From Callorhinchus milii (Eukaryota): 64,000 bases of DNA. The stretch covers positions 71,426,001 to 71,490,000 of the forward strand of contig NW_024704742.1 in assembly GCF_018977255.1 (NCBI RefSeq), given 5' to 3'. The notes beneath the pieces were generated by a model. It was not told the origin of the DNA and made no database searches. It saw nothing but the letters and a program-made list of their open reading frames with translations. Made by a program: the position numbers and the translations under genes. Positions 23,974 to 36,480 of this stretch are shown in pieces; within the stretch, counting starts at the first letter, position 1; the number at the start of each line of letters is the position of its first letter.

Positions 23974-24484
23974 GTAAGACCCCTGCACACCCCTCCTCCC
24001 ACACAAGCCCCCACTCAACCCCACAAACACACATGAGACCTCAAGAATCCATTGTAACTGGGGGCAGGAACTCTTCCCACTCAGCTCTTGTTAACCTTGT
24101 AAACCAAAGCCCTAACAGGTAGTGTGGTCCTAGCTGGACAAGCAGTGGGAAAGCTTGCCAGACAGCGATATCGATGGCAAGCTATGTGGTTTTAGCTGGT
24201 TAGACTCCAGCACACACCTGAGTCCCCCAAAGCCTCGGCTCTCGCCAACCTGCACCTAACACTCTCCAGAATTAGGTGCATCCCTCCAGGGAGAGAGAGT
24301 GTAGACGTGGGGAAATTCCCATGTGGAGGTGGCATACATGTGTTTAACTCTGTCTGGTTCGGATACATAAGCACAGGATCAATCCCTCCGCCTTGCCCCC
24401 TCCCTCCTCACTTTCAAGTCCTGCCAAAAGACCTTTTTGATCGTGCTTACGGTCAACTCCACCCTCCCTCTCCCCCTGGCCCCC

Positions 24485-25120
24485 TGCCACTCCGCCACTG
24501 TCTTACACCGCAGGCCCGAAACCCTCATACACGCATTCATAACATCGAGGCTTGACTATGCAAACTCCCTGCTTGTCGGCCTCTCCAACTCCTCCCTCCA
24601 TCGGCTGCAGATCATCCAAAAATCTGCAGCCTGGGTCCTCTCCCACACCAGTCTCCGTGACCCTATCACCCCCAACCTCGCCCGACTCTACTGGCTTCCC
24701 ATCAACACAGAGGATACAGTTCAAGATCCTGGTCCTCACCTTCAAAACCCTCCGTGGTCTTGCTCCCCCCAACCTCTGGGATCTCCTAACCCCCACCATC
24801 CTGCCCAGTCTCTCTGCTCAGCGAGCTCCAACCTGTTTCACATCCCTCTCCTCACCCTTTCCACCATTAGCGGGCGAGCCTTCAGCACTCTGCTCCAACC
24901 CTCTGGAACTCCATCCTGCAGGCCCTCCACCTCGCCCCCTCACCTCCTTCAAGATCCATCTCAAGATCCTCCTCTTTGACTGTGTCTTCGATCACCCTGC
25001 TTCCCCCCTGCCCTGCATCTTGCCCGATCCCAAACCCCAGCACGGGTCCAGTGATTGTCCAGTGCCTTGGGTCCTCCCGACATGAAAGGCGCTATACAAA
25101 TGTAATTTTGTTGTTGTTGT
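24485..25120 (+). mobile_element. L2-clade LINE 3' fragment in NAGK intron 8
   Basis: LIHAFITSRLDYANSLL, QRIQFKILVLTFK. Confidence 0.88.
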
Positions 25121-25656
25121 CAGAATGCCACTGTCGAGCGCTCTGGGATGCCACCTCATGTGAAGGGCTCTATATAAATGCAAGTTGTTGTTGATGGGTT
25201 TCTGTCTGTCAGACACACGGACACCCTAGATGCCCCTCTCCGCTAAAACCCCTTCTGGCAAACTTCTCCGCTAGAGCCCTCCACTCTAAAACTCTTTTCC
25301 CCCCCCCACCCAATAAAAAACACAGCAGACAATTACGCACAGCAGTGTCCCACTAACAATCATGGACGGAGTGGCCAAATTATTATTTTTTTTGAAGGGA
25401 TTATTACCCCCAGAGAGTGATCCGCCAATTGACTAACAAATGGGGTTCCTACTTATTGTTGGTACAATGAGAGGTGTGCGGATTAAGGAAACTTGCCTAA
25501 GGTTGCACCCTGCCCAGGAATTGAACCGGAGTCAGCTCGCTTGCGAGGCGAGTGCTCTAAACAGTACACTACAGGACTATGTATGTATAGAGAGATGGAT
25601 GTGGTTTGGGGTGCATTACTGTCGTTGACTGATGGAGAGCATCTCTTGTGTTGTAG

Positions 25657-25735
25657 AAGCTGTTTAAGGCTGAGACTGGGCTCCCCATTGTGTGCGTGGG
25701 GTCAGTGTGGAACAGCTGGGACCTGCTCCGGGAAG
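25657..25735 (+). CDS. NAGK: NAGK exon 9 (KLFKAETGLPIVCVGSVWNSWDLLRE)
   Basis: Acceptor ttgtag, 79 nt, donor gtgaga. GLPI.CVGSVW.SW motif. Confidence 0.95.
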
Positions 25736-25876
25736 GTGAGAGCCTCGTTTCCACATCACACCATCAGCACTGCTCAACACCCCTCGAGGGAGCTTTACTC
25801 TGTCCATAATCCATTCTGTGGCTGACCTGGAAGTGTAAATGGACAGTGGTGTAAAACGTGTGTCTTGCATTGACAG

Positions 25877-26079
25877 GATTCCTGCAGGTATTGTTGGAGG
25901 CTCAGAGATCGTTTCCCAAGAACACCTACTTCAAGCTGAGCCTGATGAAGCTGACGTGCACGGCGGCTCTGGGAGCTATCAACCTGGGCGCCAAGGAGAT
26001 CGGCGTCCACATTCCCATCTCCTACACCAACAATGTCAATATCTTCTACATTCACAACTTCCTGACTCCCAAGAGCTGA
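25877..26079 (+). CDS. NAGK: NAGK last coding exon (GFLQVLL...HNFLTPKS*)
   Basis: Acceptor tgacag, TGA at 26077-26079. The ten exons sum to 1053 nt (350 aa plus stop) with consistent phases. Confidence 0.93.
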
Positions 26080-27292
26080 TGGGGGAGTGTCCCCACTCCG
26101 CTCCCCACCACTAAATCCCGCCAACTATGCTTCCTTTGCTCGTGGGAATCGTGTGCTTTTCTTTTATCTTCACTCAACCCAAGCCAATCCCATTCCACCC
26201 ACTCATGCACACACACACATGTCTTCTCTCTTCTTGTCCCCTTGAGTTGCTGCCCAGTCTCTAACTTGGGGTATTTCCTAAAAGGAAACCTTCAGAAGGA
26301 GCCCAAGTTACCTGATCATGGGCCTGTCTCCCTCGGGGAGATATCTATCCACTGACCAGGGTCTTTCAATGGTTGAACGTATGCACCGAGGCCCTCCAGT
26401 GGTGGAAATGTAGTTCTGCAGGACATCCCATAGGAACAGGAGTTCAGCCACTCGAGCCTGTTCCGTCGTTCAATAAGATCATGGCTGATCGATCTCAGCT
26501 CCATTTACCCGCCTTTGCTCCATATCCCTTGATACCCTGACGTAACAAGCATCTATCCACATCAGTCTTGAAAATGTGAATGGATTCAGCATCCACAGCT
26601 TTTTGGGGGAAAGAGTTCCAGATTTCTGGTGTACCCATCTCAGCAACACCTCGTGTTAATTTTAATTTGTGTCTTTGCCCTGAGACGAATCCCCTTCCCC
26701 CACATACCAGAAACTTCGCTGGGGGTAGATCTCACTCACTGAACGTCCACCGATCGCAAAATGTTATTGGAAACGCTTCCCTGATGTCCTGGCCACTGGG
26801 ACGGAGAGAGAGAGAGGATGTTTCAGAGGTTATTCACAGTGCCTGTAAACTCAGACATTGATGGTAGTGCTGAGGGAGATGGAGTAGACAACGACCCTGT
26901 TAGCGGAGGAGGCGCGGGAAGGAGTGGGGAGTGAATAGATCAGAGAGATAGGGAGGTGTGAAGGGATTTGTAGATAATTGTGGGGATATTGAAACCGATC
27001 TGCGGGGGCCAGTGGAGCCTGGTGGTGAGTGGGGTGAAAGGGGTGTAGAGTTAGTGCGGGTGAGGATGAGGGTGTCAGAGTTTGGGATAGGCTGGGACTG
27101 GGTCTCGGAAACACTGATTTGCTTTAAGACCCATAGTCTGAAATTCCTGATGATTTAACTAGGTGCAATATCAAACAAAAATTATTACTGTTATTACTCC
27201 GCCTTCGCACTTCAACTCGCCTACTGCTTCTGGGACAGAAAGTCGCAGGTTCGAGCCGCTTTGCCTCCCACTCCCTCTCTTTCCCTCCCCCC

Positions 27293-27414
27293 AATAAAAT
27301 TGATCATTTGCCTCAAGACTCGTGGGATATTGCTGCACGCAAACTTGCCGGAGTGTGTCTCATGTTGTCAAGAAATTCTTCAAATTCCTTCTGATCAGCA
27401 ACTGTTCGAATAAA
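27293..27414 (+). terminator. Candidate NAGK polyadenylation signals (AATAAA at 27293 and 27409)
   Basis: Two AATAAA hexamers about 1.2-1.3 kb after the stop. The second is followed by a T/GT-rich tract. Confidence 0.55.
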
Positions 27415-27584
27415 CATGACATTTTTTTCCATTGTTTTTGTCATCTTTTTGGGGGGAGCTGGTGATCGGGAAATGGAGGGACCCAGAAAGTAGAGACTTT
27501 TGGCAAGGATGCGGGTGGGGAGAGGGCCGAGGTTATTCCTCGCTTGGAATAATAGGAGAGATTCCAGTCCATTGAATTTAGAAC

Positions 27585-29500
27585 CATAGAATTATTCAGC
27601 ACAGAATGAGGCCATTTGGCACATCGTATCTGTGCCGACTCTTTGAAAAGAGCTATCCAGTTCAATCCCACTCCCCCCGCTCTCTCCGAATAGCCCTGCC
27701 AGCTTGTCCTCCCCGAATAATTTTGAAAACTTCTATTAAGTCTCCTCTTAACCTTCTCTGCTCCAAGGTGAATAATCCCAGCTTCTCTAACCTCTCCTGA
27801 TAACTGAAGTCCCTCATTCCTGGTACCATCCTGGAAAATCTCTTTTGCACCCTCTCCAATGCCTTGACATCCTTCCTAAAGTGTAGTGCCCAGAACTGAA
27901 CACAGTCTCGAGCTGAGGCCTAACCAGTGTGTTATATAAAGGTTCATCATAACTTCCTGACTTTTGTATTCTATGCCCTATTTATAAAGCCTAGTATCCC
28001 GTATGTTTTTTTAACAGCTTTATCTACCTGTCCTGCCACCTTGAAAAATTTACCTATATGAACCCCCAGGTCTCTCTGTTCCTTCGCCCCCTTTAAGATT
28101 GTACCATCATCTTATATTGCCTTATATTCCCATTCTTCCTCTCAAAATGCATCACTCCGCAGTTCTCCACATTAAACTTCATCTGCCACTGTCTGCCCAT
28201 TTTACCAGTCTGTCTATGTCCTCTTGCAGTCTGCTACTATCCTCCTCACTGTTTGCTACTTCTCCTAGCTTAGTATCATCTGCAAACTTGGCAATTGTAC
28301 CCCCTACACCCAAGTCCAGGTCATTTATATATGGGGCAAAATCTTGGCAAGATTCCTTACTCCACATGCCTGATAATAATCCCTCAAGAAAAAAAAGCAA
28401 TAAAAAGGTCACTTCAATCCACGACTGTTTGTGGGACACTTCTGTGCGCAATTGGTTGCCGCGTTTCGCCCACACATATATACAGTCAACTCACTTTAGA
28501 GTATATTCTGTGAAGCGCTTTGAGATGTCTAGCAGACATGAAAAAGCACTATATCAAATGCAAGGTTTATTATTATTATATAGATCAAAAACAGCAGTGG
28601 TCCCCATACTGACCCACCACTGCACACTTCCCTCCAGTCAGAAAAACTACCGTTCACCACTACTCCCTGCTTTCTGTTTCCCGGCCAGTTCTGTATCTAT
28701 GCTGCCACTGTCCCTTTAATACCGTGGGCTTCTATTTTGCTTACAAGTCTCTTATGTGTCACTTTATCAAACGCCTTTTGAAAATCCATATAAACGACAT
28801 CAACTGCACTACCTTCATCCACCCTCTCCGTTACTTCCATCAAAAAACTCTTATCAGGTTTGTTAGACACGATTTGCCTTTAACAAATCCATGTTGGCTG
28901 TCTTTATTAACTCATGTTTTTCTAAGTAAAAATGTATTTTGTCCCGGTTTATAGTCTAGAAGTTTCCCCACTACTGATGTTAGGCTGATTGACCTGTAGT
29001 TCCTGGGTTTATCCTTCTGCGCTTTTTTGTACAGGGGAGTAGCATTTCCAACCCTCCAGTCCTCTGGCACCACCCCGGTGTCCAAGGAGGGTTGAAAGGT
29101 TGTGGTCAGAGCTTCCGTTATTTCCACCCTCAGTAACCGAGGATGCATTGCGTCCGGACCGGGTGACTTATCTATCTTAAACACTGACAACCTTTTTAGA
29201 ACCTCCTCTCTGTTTATTCTTATCTTATCCAATTTCTCTACCCTCTCCTCCGATACTGTGGCATTGGCTGCATCCTCTTCTTTTGTGAAGACAGATGCAA
29301 AGACTCATTCAGTACGTCAGCCATGCCCTCTGCCTCCACAAGAAGATTTCCTCTTTGATCCCTAATTGGACCCATCCTACCTTTGACTAACCTTTTATTC
29401 GTTATATGCTTATAAAATACCTTAGGGTTCCCTTTTATATTACCTGCTAATCTTTATACAATCACTTTGCCCCTCTTATTTCCTTTTTCAGTTTTCCTCT
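27585..29500 (-). mobile_element. CR1-clade LINE ORF2 fragment with a SINE inserted at about 28332-28580
   Basis: KSPGPD.MHPRLL, VPEDWR, NYRSISLTSVVGKLL, KFADDTKLG, LEQRRLRGDLIEVFKI. Confidence 0.92.
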
Positions 29501-30429
29501 GTACTTTCTATAATCTATTTGATTATCTTCTGTATTTTGAACCTGACATTTATCACGAACATTTTTCTGTTTTCTTTTAATCCCAATTTCCTTATTCATC
29601 CAGGGAGGTGTGGATGCCCTACCTTTCCCCTTTGTGGGAATGGAATCATAGAATTATACGGCACAGAAGGAGGACTTGTCAGGACTGTTCTCGTTTGGAG
29701 GATTCAGGGAGAGAAAGAACTTGTGACTGATAAAATATCTCAACAGTTCTTCACAGGCAACTGCAAGTGAAGTGACTGTTTTGTGGGTGATTACAGCTGC
29801 CAATTGCAGCTGTACATCGACGTCCCACAAACAGCTTTGAAGTGAATGAGTGATTTTATAGGAACACAAATTGCTAGACAATAAAAAACCAAGGCCCTTC
29901 TAGTTCGTCTTCTCCCATTCTGGTCGTCGCAAGTTATGATAATGGAGATGCTGATAATAATAATCCTTGCATTTGATATAGCATTTTTCACATATTCCAG
30001 ACGTCTCAAAGCACTTAACAGACTATACTGTAAAATGAATTGACTGTATGTTTGTAGGTAAAAATGCGTCAGTTATTGCACACAGCAGTGTCCCACAAAC
30101 AGTTGTGGATTGAGTGATCAAATCATTATTTTTTTTGAAGGATTATTATCCCTAGAGAAGCGATCAACCAATCAACTAACAAATGGGTTCCTGTTTACTG
30201 CTAGGTAAACAGAGGCGTGTGGAGTAAGGAAACTTTGGCCCTGCCTAGGAATTGAACCCAGGTCTTGCTTGTATGGATTCATCCATAACAGTGTGCAGTG
30301 TAGTGGTTAGCACGCAAGTGAGAGGACCTGGATTCGATTCCTGGGCATTGAGAAACCTTAGACAAGTTTCCTTACTCCACACACCTCTTTTTACTTAGCA
30401 GTAAGTAGAAACCCAGTTGTTAGTCACTG

Positions 30430-30976
30430 GTCTAACAACTGCACTCCTCGCCGGTCTCCCCAGCTCCACCATTCAAAAGATCCAGCTCATTCAGAACTCT
30501 GCCGCCCGCATACTGACCCGGACCAATCTCTGAACCCACATCTCACCAGTTCTGGCCCGGCTCCACTGGCTCCCCATCACCAAACAGATCGACTTCAAGA
30601 TCCTCACACTTGTGTTCAAATCCATTCACTCCCTGACACCTCCCAACCTCTCCGACCTCCTCACTCCCCAGTCCACCACCTGGCGTCTCCGCTCGACTGG
30701 CACCGGCCTCCTGCTCGTCCCTCACACCCTCCCCCCATGATTGGATGTGCTTTCAGCCAATACACCCCAAAACTCTGGAACGCTCTCCCTCAATCCCTCC
30801 ACCTTGCCCCCTCCCTTTTTTCAAGTCCTGCCTGAAAACCTTCCTCTTCGACCATCCTTGCGGCTACCTCCCCACCCCTCCCCCTCACCTGGCTCGGAGT
30901 CAGGCTCCACCACTGTTAAGCGCTCTGAGACGCTACCCTGCGTGGAGGGTGCTATATAAGTACAAGTTATTGTTGT
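30430..30976 (+). mobile_element. L2 3' fragment nested inside a tRNA-SINE
   Basis: IQLIQNSAARIL and LHWLP-type sequence. The SINE head at 30295-30425 resumes at about 30978. Confidence 0.8.
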
Positions 30977-31536
30977 AGTCGATTGGCGGATCACATTTAT
31001 GGCGGTAATAATCCCTTCAAAACACATATATAATAATAATTTGGTCACTCAATCCACGACTGTCAGTGGCACCCTGCTGTGCACACTGGCTGCCACATTT
31101 CACCCACAAAATATACAGTCAGTTCACTACAGTATATTCTGTGAAGTGTGTTGAAACGTTTCAACAACTTGATAAAGCGCGACATCAAATGCAAGATTAT
31201 TATTATTATAACAAGCTTTTGGAACCTTAGATCCAAAGTTGCCTGGTTGTTCCAAGCCATACTGCACTTATTACATGTCATTTCTCACATTACTCATAAT
31301 CTGTATCCCAAAATATTATTTTCTTAAAGAAATCTGGGGGATTATTGGCCATGATGCCAGGAGAGAGAAACTCCCACCTCTTCCAATCTTTAATGTTTCA
31401 TCTGAAAGATAGTGCCTTCGACAATTCAGCGCTTCCCCCCAGTACTGCGCTGGAGCATCAGCTTAGACTGAGCTCAGAGGCTTGAACCCATGACCTTCTC
31501 ACTTAGAGGCAAAAGTGCTGGCTGAGCCGGGCTGAC

Positions 31537-32700
31537 GTGGAGATGGTGGGGAGAGGGCGGGGAGAGGGCGGGGAGATGGTGGGGAGAGGGCGGGAGAGGG
31601 GGGAGAGGGGGGGAGAGGGCGGGGAGATGGTGGGGAGAGGGCGGGGAGATGGTGGGGAGAGGGCGGGGAGATGGTGGGGAGAGGGCGGGGAGATGGTGGG
31701 GAGAGGGCGGGGAGATGGTGGGAGAGGGCGGGGAGATGGTGGGGAGAGGACGGGGAGATGGTGGGGAGAGGACGGGGAGATAGCAGGGAGAGGGCGGGAA
31801 GAGCACGGGGAGATGGCGGGGAGAGAACGGGGAGATGGCGGGGAGAGGGCGGGGAGATGGGGGGAGAGGGCGGGGAGAGGGCGGGGAGAGGACGGGGAGA
31901 GGACGGGGAGAGGAAGGGGAGAGGACGGGAAGAGGGCGGGGAGAGGACGGGGAGATGGTGGGGAGATGGTGGGGAGAGGGCGGGGAGATGGTGGGGAGAG
32001 GACGGGGAGAGGAAGGGGAGAGGACGGGAAGAGGGCGGGGAGAGGACGGGGAGATGGTGGAGAGATGGTGGGGAGAGGGCGTGGAGATGGTTGGGAGGGG
32101 AGGGGAGAGGGTGGGGAGATGGTCGGGAGAGGACAGGGAGATGGTGAGGAGAGGATGGGGAGAGGGCGGGGAGATGGTGGGGAGAGGGCGGGGAGAGGGC
32201 GGGGAGATGGTGGGGAGAGGGCGGGAAGAGGACGGGGAGATGGTGAGGAGAGGACGGGGAGATGGTGGGGAGATGGTGGGGAGAGGGCGGGGAGATGGTG
32301 AGGAGAGGACGGGGAGAGGACGGGGAGAGGGCGGGAAGAGGACGGGGAGATGGTGAGGAGAGGACGGGGAGATGGTGGGGAGATGGTGGGGAGAGGACAG
32401 GGAGATGGTGAGGAGAGGATGGGGAGAGGGCGGGGAGATGGTGGGGAGAGGGCGGGGAGATGGTGAGGAGAGGACGGGGAGAGGACGGGGAGAGGGCGGG
32501 AAGAGGACGGGGAGATGGTGAGGAGAGGACGGGGAGATGGTGGGGAGAGGACGGGGAGAGGAGGGGACGGGGAGAGGACGGGAGAGGATGGGGAGAGTGG
32601 GGAGAGGACGGGGAGAGGACGGGGAGAGGATGAGGAGAGGAGGACGGGGAGAGGATGCGGAGATGGTGGGGAGAGGACGGGAAGAGGACGGAGAGAGGAC
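31537..32700. repeat. G-rich minisatellite (GGGGAGAGGGC/GGGGAGATGGT/GGGGAGAGGAC units)
   Basis: Direct inspection. Confidence 0.97.
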
Positions 32701-32855
32701 GATGGTTGTTCTTTGTGATGTTGGGAAGAATCATCACAGCAACTTTTGTGACTTCACAAAGACCAGAGTACACCTCACGTCCCGGGAAAGGGGAAGAGCT
32801 CATTCTCACAGACGCACTCACACCCACACACCCACACACCCTCTCCCTTTCCTTC

Positions 32856-33280
32856 TCACTCACTCACTCACTCACTCACTCACTCACTCACTCACTCACT
32901 CACTCACTCACTCACTCACTCACTCACTCACTCACTCACTCACTCACTCACTCACTCACTCACTCACTCACTCACTCACTCACTCACTCACTCACTCACT
33001 CACTCACTCATTCCACCACCACTCACTTGCTTGCACACTCCCTCACTCACTCACTCACTCACTCACTCACTCACTCACTCATTCCACCACCACTCACTCG
33101 CTTGCACACTCCCTCACTCGCATGCTCTCACTCACAGCCTTTCACGCACACACTCACTCGCACACTCACTGAAACTGCTCACTCACATGCTCTCACGTAC
33201 ACTTGCACACTTGCTGACTTGCACACTCGCTCACTCACACTCCCTCACTAGCTCACTCACGCACACTCACACACACTCTT
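32856..33280. repeat. (CACT)n microsatellite, degenerate at its right end
   Basis: Direct inspection. Confidence 0.95.
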
Positions 33281-33506
33281 GCACAATTGCTCTCGCTTGC
33301 TGACTCAAATCCACTTACACATTCGCTCCTTTAAAAATCAGAGGACCCTCTATGAAGTGAATCCTAGGCTCAGGAAGCCTCGAGGCTTTTTCCCCACCCT
33401 GAGAAGCGTGTGACAGACTGTGAAGGCAGCCTGACTCCATCCCTGGTGATGTGAGAGATAGACTCTTCGCACATCACTGTGGTGTCCCTTCGCTCCCCAC
33501 CCTCAG

Positions 33507-33596
33507 GCTCTGACACGTAGCGGACGCTCAGTGTGACCTCTCCGACGATCGTCATCTCACGTTCATCCTCGCTGAAGATAGACGTGCCCAGTCATG
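33507..33596 (+). other. Putative 5' UTR exon ending in the start ATG (33594-33596) of the Mn-motif gene
   Basis: Acceptor ccctcag at 33506 and ATG|gtaaga donor. In-frame TGA upstream. Phase 0 fits the next exon. Confidence 0.55.
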
Positions 33597-34199
33597 GTAA
33601 GATCGAGTAAAGGTGGGGGGAGTGGGAGGCCATTCAGCCCAGCGAGTTGATTGAGTCAGTGCTGCGTTCTTGCAGGTTGGAGTGACGTCACAGTCACCTG
33701 TAGGAGATCTTATTAGGAATCTTTGCTAAATTGGTGCATCTGTAGCATAATGGTTAGGGTGCTTGGCTCGCAAGCAAGAGGACCCGGGTTAAAACCCGGG
33801 CAAAACCTTAGGCAAGTTTCCTTGATCCACATATCTGTTTACTTAGCAGTAAGTAGGAAACTGGTTGTTAGTCGATTAGCAGATCACTTTCCAGGGTTAA
33901 TAATCCCTCTAAAAAACAACAATTTGGTCACTCAATCCACGACTGTTTGTGGGACACTGCTGTGCGCAATTGGCTGCCACATTCCACCCACAAAATACAC
34001 AGTCAATTCACTTTACAGTATATTCTGTGAAGCGCTTTGAGACTTCTCAATGGCGTTATATCAAATGCAAGGATTATTATTATTATTATTCTTTGATCCC
34101 GCCCGCCTATCCTCCAATCATGCATTCAGCTGCTTCTTAAATCAGTCCTACCCTTCCTGGTGACCCTATTCCCTTGTCATTAACATATAAATAGCGGGT

Positions 34200-34497
34200 T
34201 TGTCGGTAACCCGAGTGCACCAAGTTAAAATAGTTGTTAAAAGAAACAGAGGGGAGGTGAGAAGAAATGTTTTCACGCAGCAAGTTGTTTGGATCTGGAA
34301 TGCATTGCCTGAAAGGGTGGTGGGAGCTGATTCCATAACAACTTTTAAGAGAGAAGTAGATAATTATTTGGGAAGAACATGTCTGCAGCCTATGAAGAGA
34401 GAGCGGGGGAGTGGGATTGAATTGGATAACTCTTTTCAAAGAGTCGACACAGACACGATGGGCCGAATGGCCTCCTCCTGTGCTGTATAGTTCTATG
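34200..34497 (+). mobile_element. CR1 3' fragment
   Basis: RRNVFTQQVVWIWNALPERVV and a gggccgaatggcctcctcctgtgctgta tail. Confidence 0.85.
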
Positions 34498-35172
34498 GTT
34501 GCCATCCTGCTGTTGCCCTTGGCACCCATTGAACTCCTGTCCTGCTGTCTTGGTGAAAAAGTGTTGTTCTGGGTGTACTTTCAATGCTGTCAGAAAGAGA
34601 AGGGAGTTTCTCCTTCCCCCCACAGCTGTGTCCTGGCTGACAAGCCCCCAAATAAAATCAGTTACTCACTTCACAGCAGTTTGTGTGACTAGCGTCGTTA
34701 GTCAATTGGCAGATCGCTTTCTGGGGCTAATAATCCCTTCAAAATAACTTGGTCATTCAATCCACTACTGTTTGTGGGACACTGCTGAGCACAACAGGCT
34801 GTGCATTTTGCCCATAAAATACACAGTCAATTCATTTTACAGTTTATTCCGTGAAGATCTTTGAGACGCCTTGATGACGTGATAAGGCACTATATCAAAT
34901 GTAAGGATTATTATTATTATTCCTCTTTGATTGCACCTTCCATCATCTCCCCCACCCCAACATGCCCTCTGATCTGACCCCGAGAAGGGGGTTCCTCTCT
35001 TCCGGTGTCCTGCCCAACAATCCTCCCAGATAAAATCAGTCGCTCACTTCACGGCTGTTTGCAGAGATGCTGCCGTGAGCAAACTACATGGTAAACAGTC
35101 ACATTTCAGAAAACTGTGAAGCTCTCTCTGAGGTGAGGTGAGATGATTATTGACTACGTTCTCTCTCCGCAG

Positions 35173-35286
35173 AGTAACGTGCTCACCACATACCAGGATG
35201 ACTTCAAGGCTTATTCGAAGCATGCCTGGAAGTCAGCCAAACCCGAAGGCGTGGAGGCCAGAAAAGACCACCTCAAACTTGCCCCG
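35173..35286 (+). CDS. Unnamed Mn-motif gene exon (SNVLTTYQDDFKAYSKHAWKSAKPEGVEARKDHLKLAP)
   Basis: Acceptor ctccgcag, 114 nt, donor gtaaca. Unique open sequence among repeats with TTYQDDF. Confidence 0.8.
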
Positions 35287-35548
35287 GTAACACACACACA
35301 CACCATCACCAGTAACACACACACACACACCGTCACCCCGTAACACACACACACACTGTCAGCGGTAACTCACATACACACACCATCCTCAGAAAAACAC
35401 ACCGTACCCAGTAACACACACACAAACCGTCCCCAGTAACACACACACACCATCCCTAGTAACACACATACGCACACCATCCCCAGTAACACACACACCA
35501 TCCCCAGTAACACACACGCACGCACAGTCCCCGGTAACACACACACTA
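35282..35548 (+). repeat. Tandem repeat cccc(a/g)gtaac(ac)n starting at a splice donor
   Basis: About ten units of roughly 20-40 bp. Confidence 0.85.
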
Positions 35549-35853
35549 TCCCTGTCCCGTCTCAATCACTTCCTTTTCGACCGTGCCTTTGGTTATCTTC
35601 CCTCCAATCTGATCCCGATCCACAGGTCATTACCCAGGGCCTCCTGACGTGAAAGTCGCTGTGTCAATGCAATTTGTCACTGTCACTATACACAGACAGC
35701 CTCGCTCACTGTCAGCCTCACAGTGATTGATAGTTGTGTGTGCATTTGTGTGTGTGGGTATTGATGGCTGTGTGTGTGATTATTGATGGCTGTATGTGGT
35801 TACTGATCGCTGTGTGTATGTGTGTGTGATTATTGATCACTGTGTGTGCGTAG

Positions 35854-35982
35854 GACGGGACGATGCTGGAGTTCCCCACCACTTACCTGGATGATTACAA
35901 ACCCATGAAGCGTCGGCTGATCCCAGCCACCAGCTCTGCTGACCAGGGAGGTTTGTCGGTCAAAGAATTCCAGGATCCCCAG
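35854..35982 (+). CDS. Unnamed Mn-motif gene exon (DGTMLEFPTTYLDDYKPMKRRLIP...EFQDPQ)
   Basis: Acceptor gcgtag, 129 nt, donor CAG|gtaaca. Second motif TTYLDDY. Confidence 0.8.
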
Positions 35983-36130
35983 GTAACAGGCCAGCGAGAC
36001 CCAATTACAACCGGGCAGTCAGAACAGTAACATATTGTATCACAATACTGAATGGAGTGACTGACCGATTTTATCTGGGGGGCATTGGCGGCCAGGACAC
36101 CTGGAGAGAGAAGCTACCTTCTCACTGTGG

Positions 36131-36480
36131 GATCCTGTAGTGTAGTGGTTAGAGCATTCCCCTCGCCAGCGAGAGGACCCAGGTTTGATTCCCAGGCAGA
36201 GCGAAACCTTGGACAAGTTTCCTTAATTCACACCTCTGTTTACCTAGCAGTAAGTAGGAACCCGGTTGTTTGTTGAATCTCTTTCGGGAGGTAATAATCC
36301 CTCTAAAAAAAAATTGGGGTCACTGAATCCACAACTGTCTGTGGGACACTGCTGTGCGCAATTGGCTGCCATGTTTTGCCCACAAGATACACATCAGTTC
36401 ATTTTAGAGTATATACTGTGAAGCTCCTTGAGACATTTCAACAACGTGATATCAAATGCAAGGATTATTATTATATTATT
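36131..36480 (+). mobile_element. Near full-length tRNA-derived SINE with L2-like tail (many copies: 18715+, 20108+, 33740+, 38934+, 13500-, 25330-, 29950-, 43595-, 53040-, 55520-)
   Basis: A-box tagtgtagtggt and B-box ggtttgattcc, a shared body, a Deu-like gggacactgctgtgcgcaattggctgcc segment and a (TTA)n tail. Confidence 0.88.

Noticed and set aside
31474..33303. SPPSP-, GRGRG- and THSL-repeat ORFs
   Set aside because: Minisatellite and microsatellite translations.
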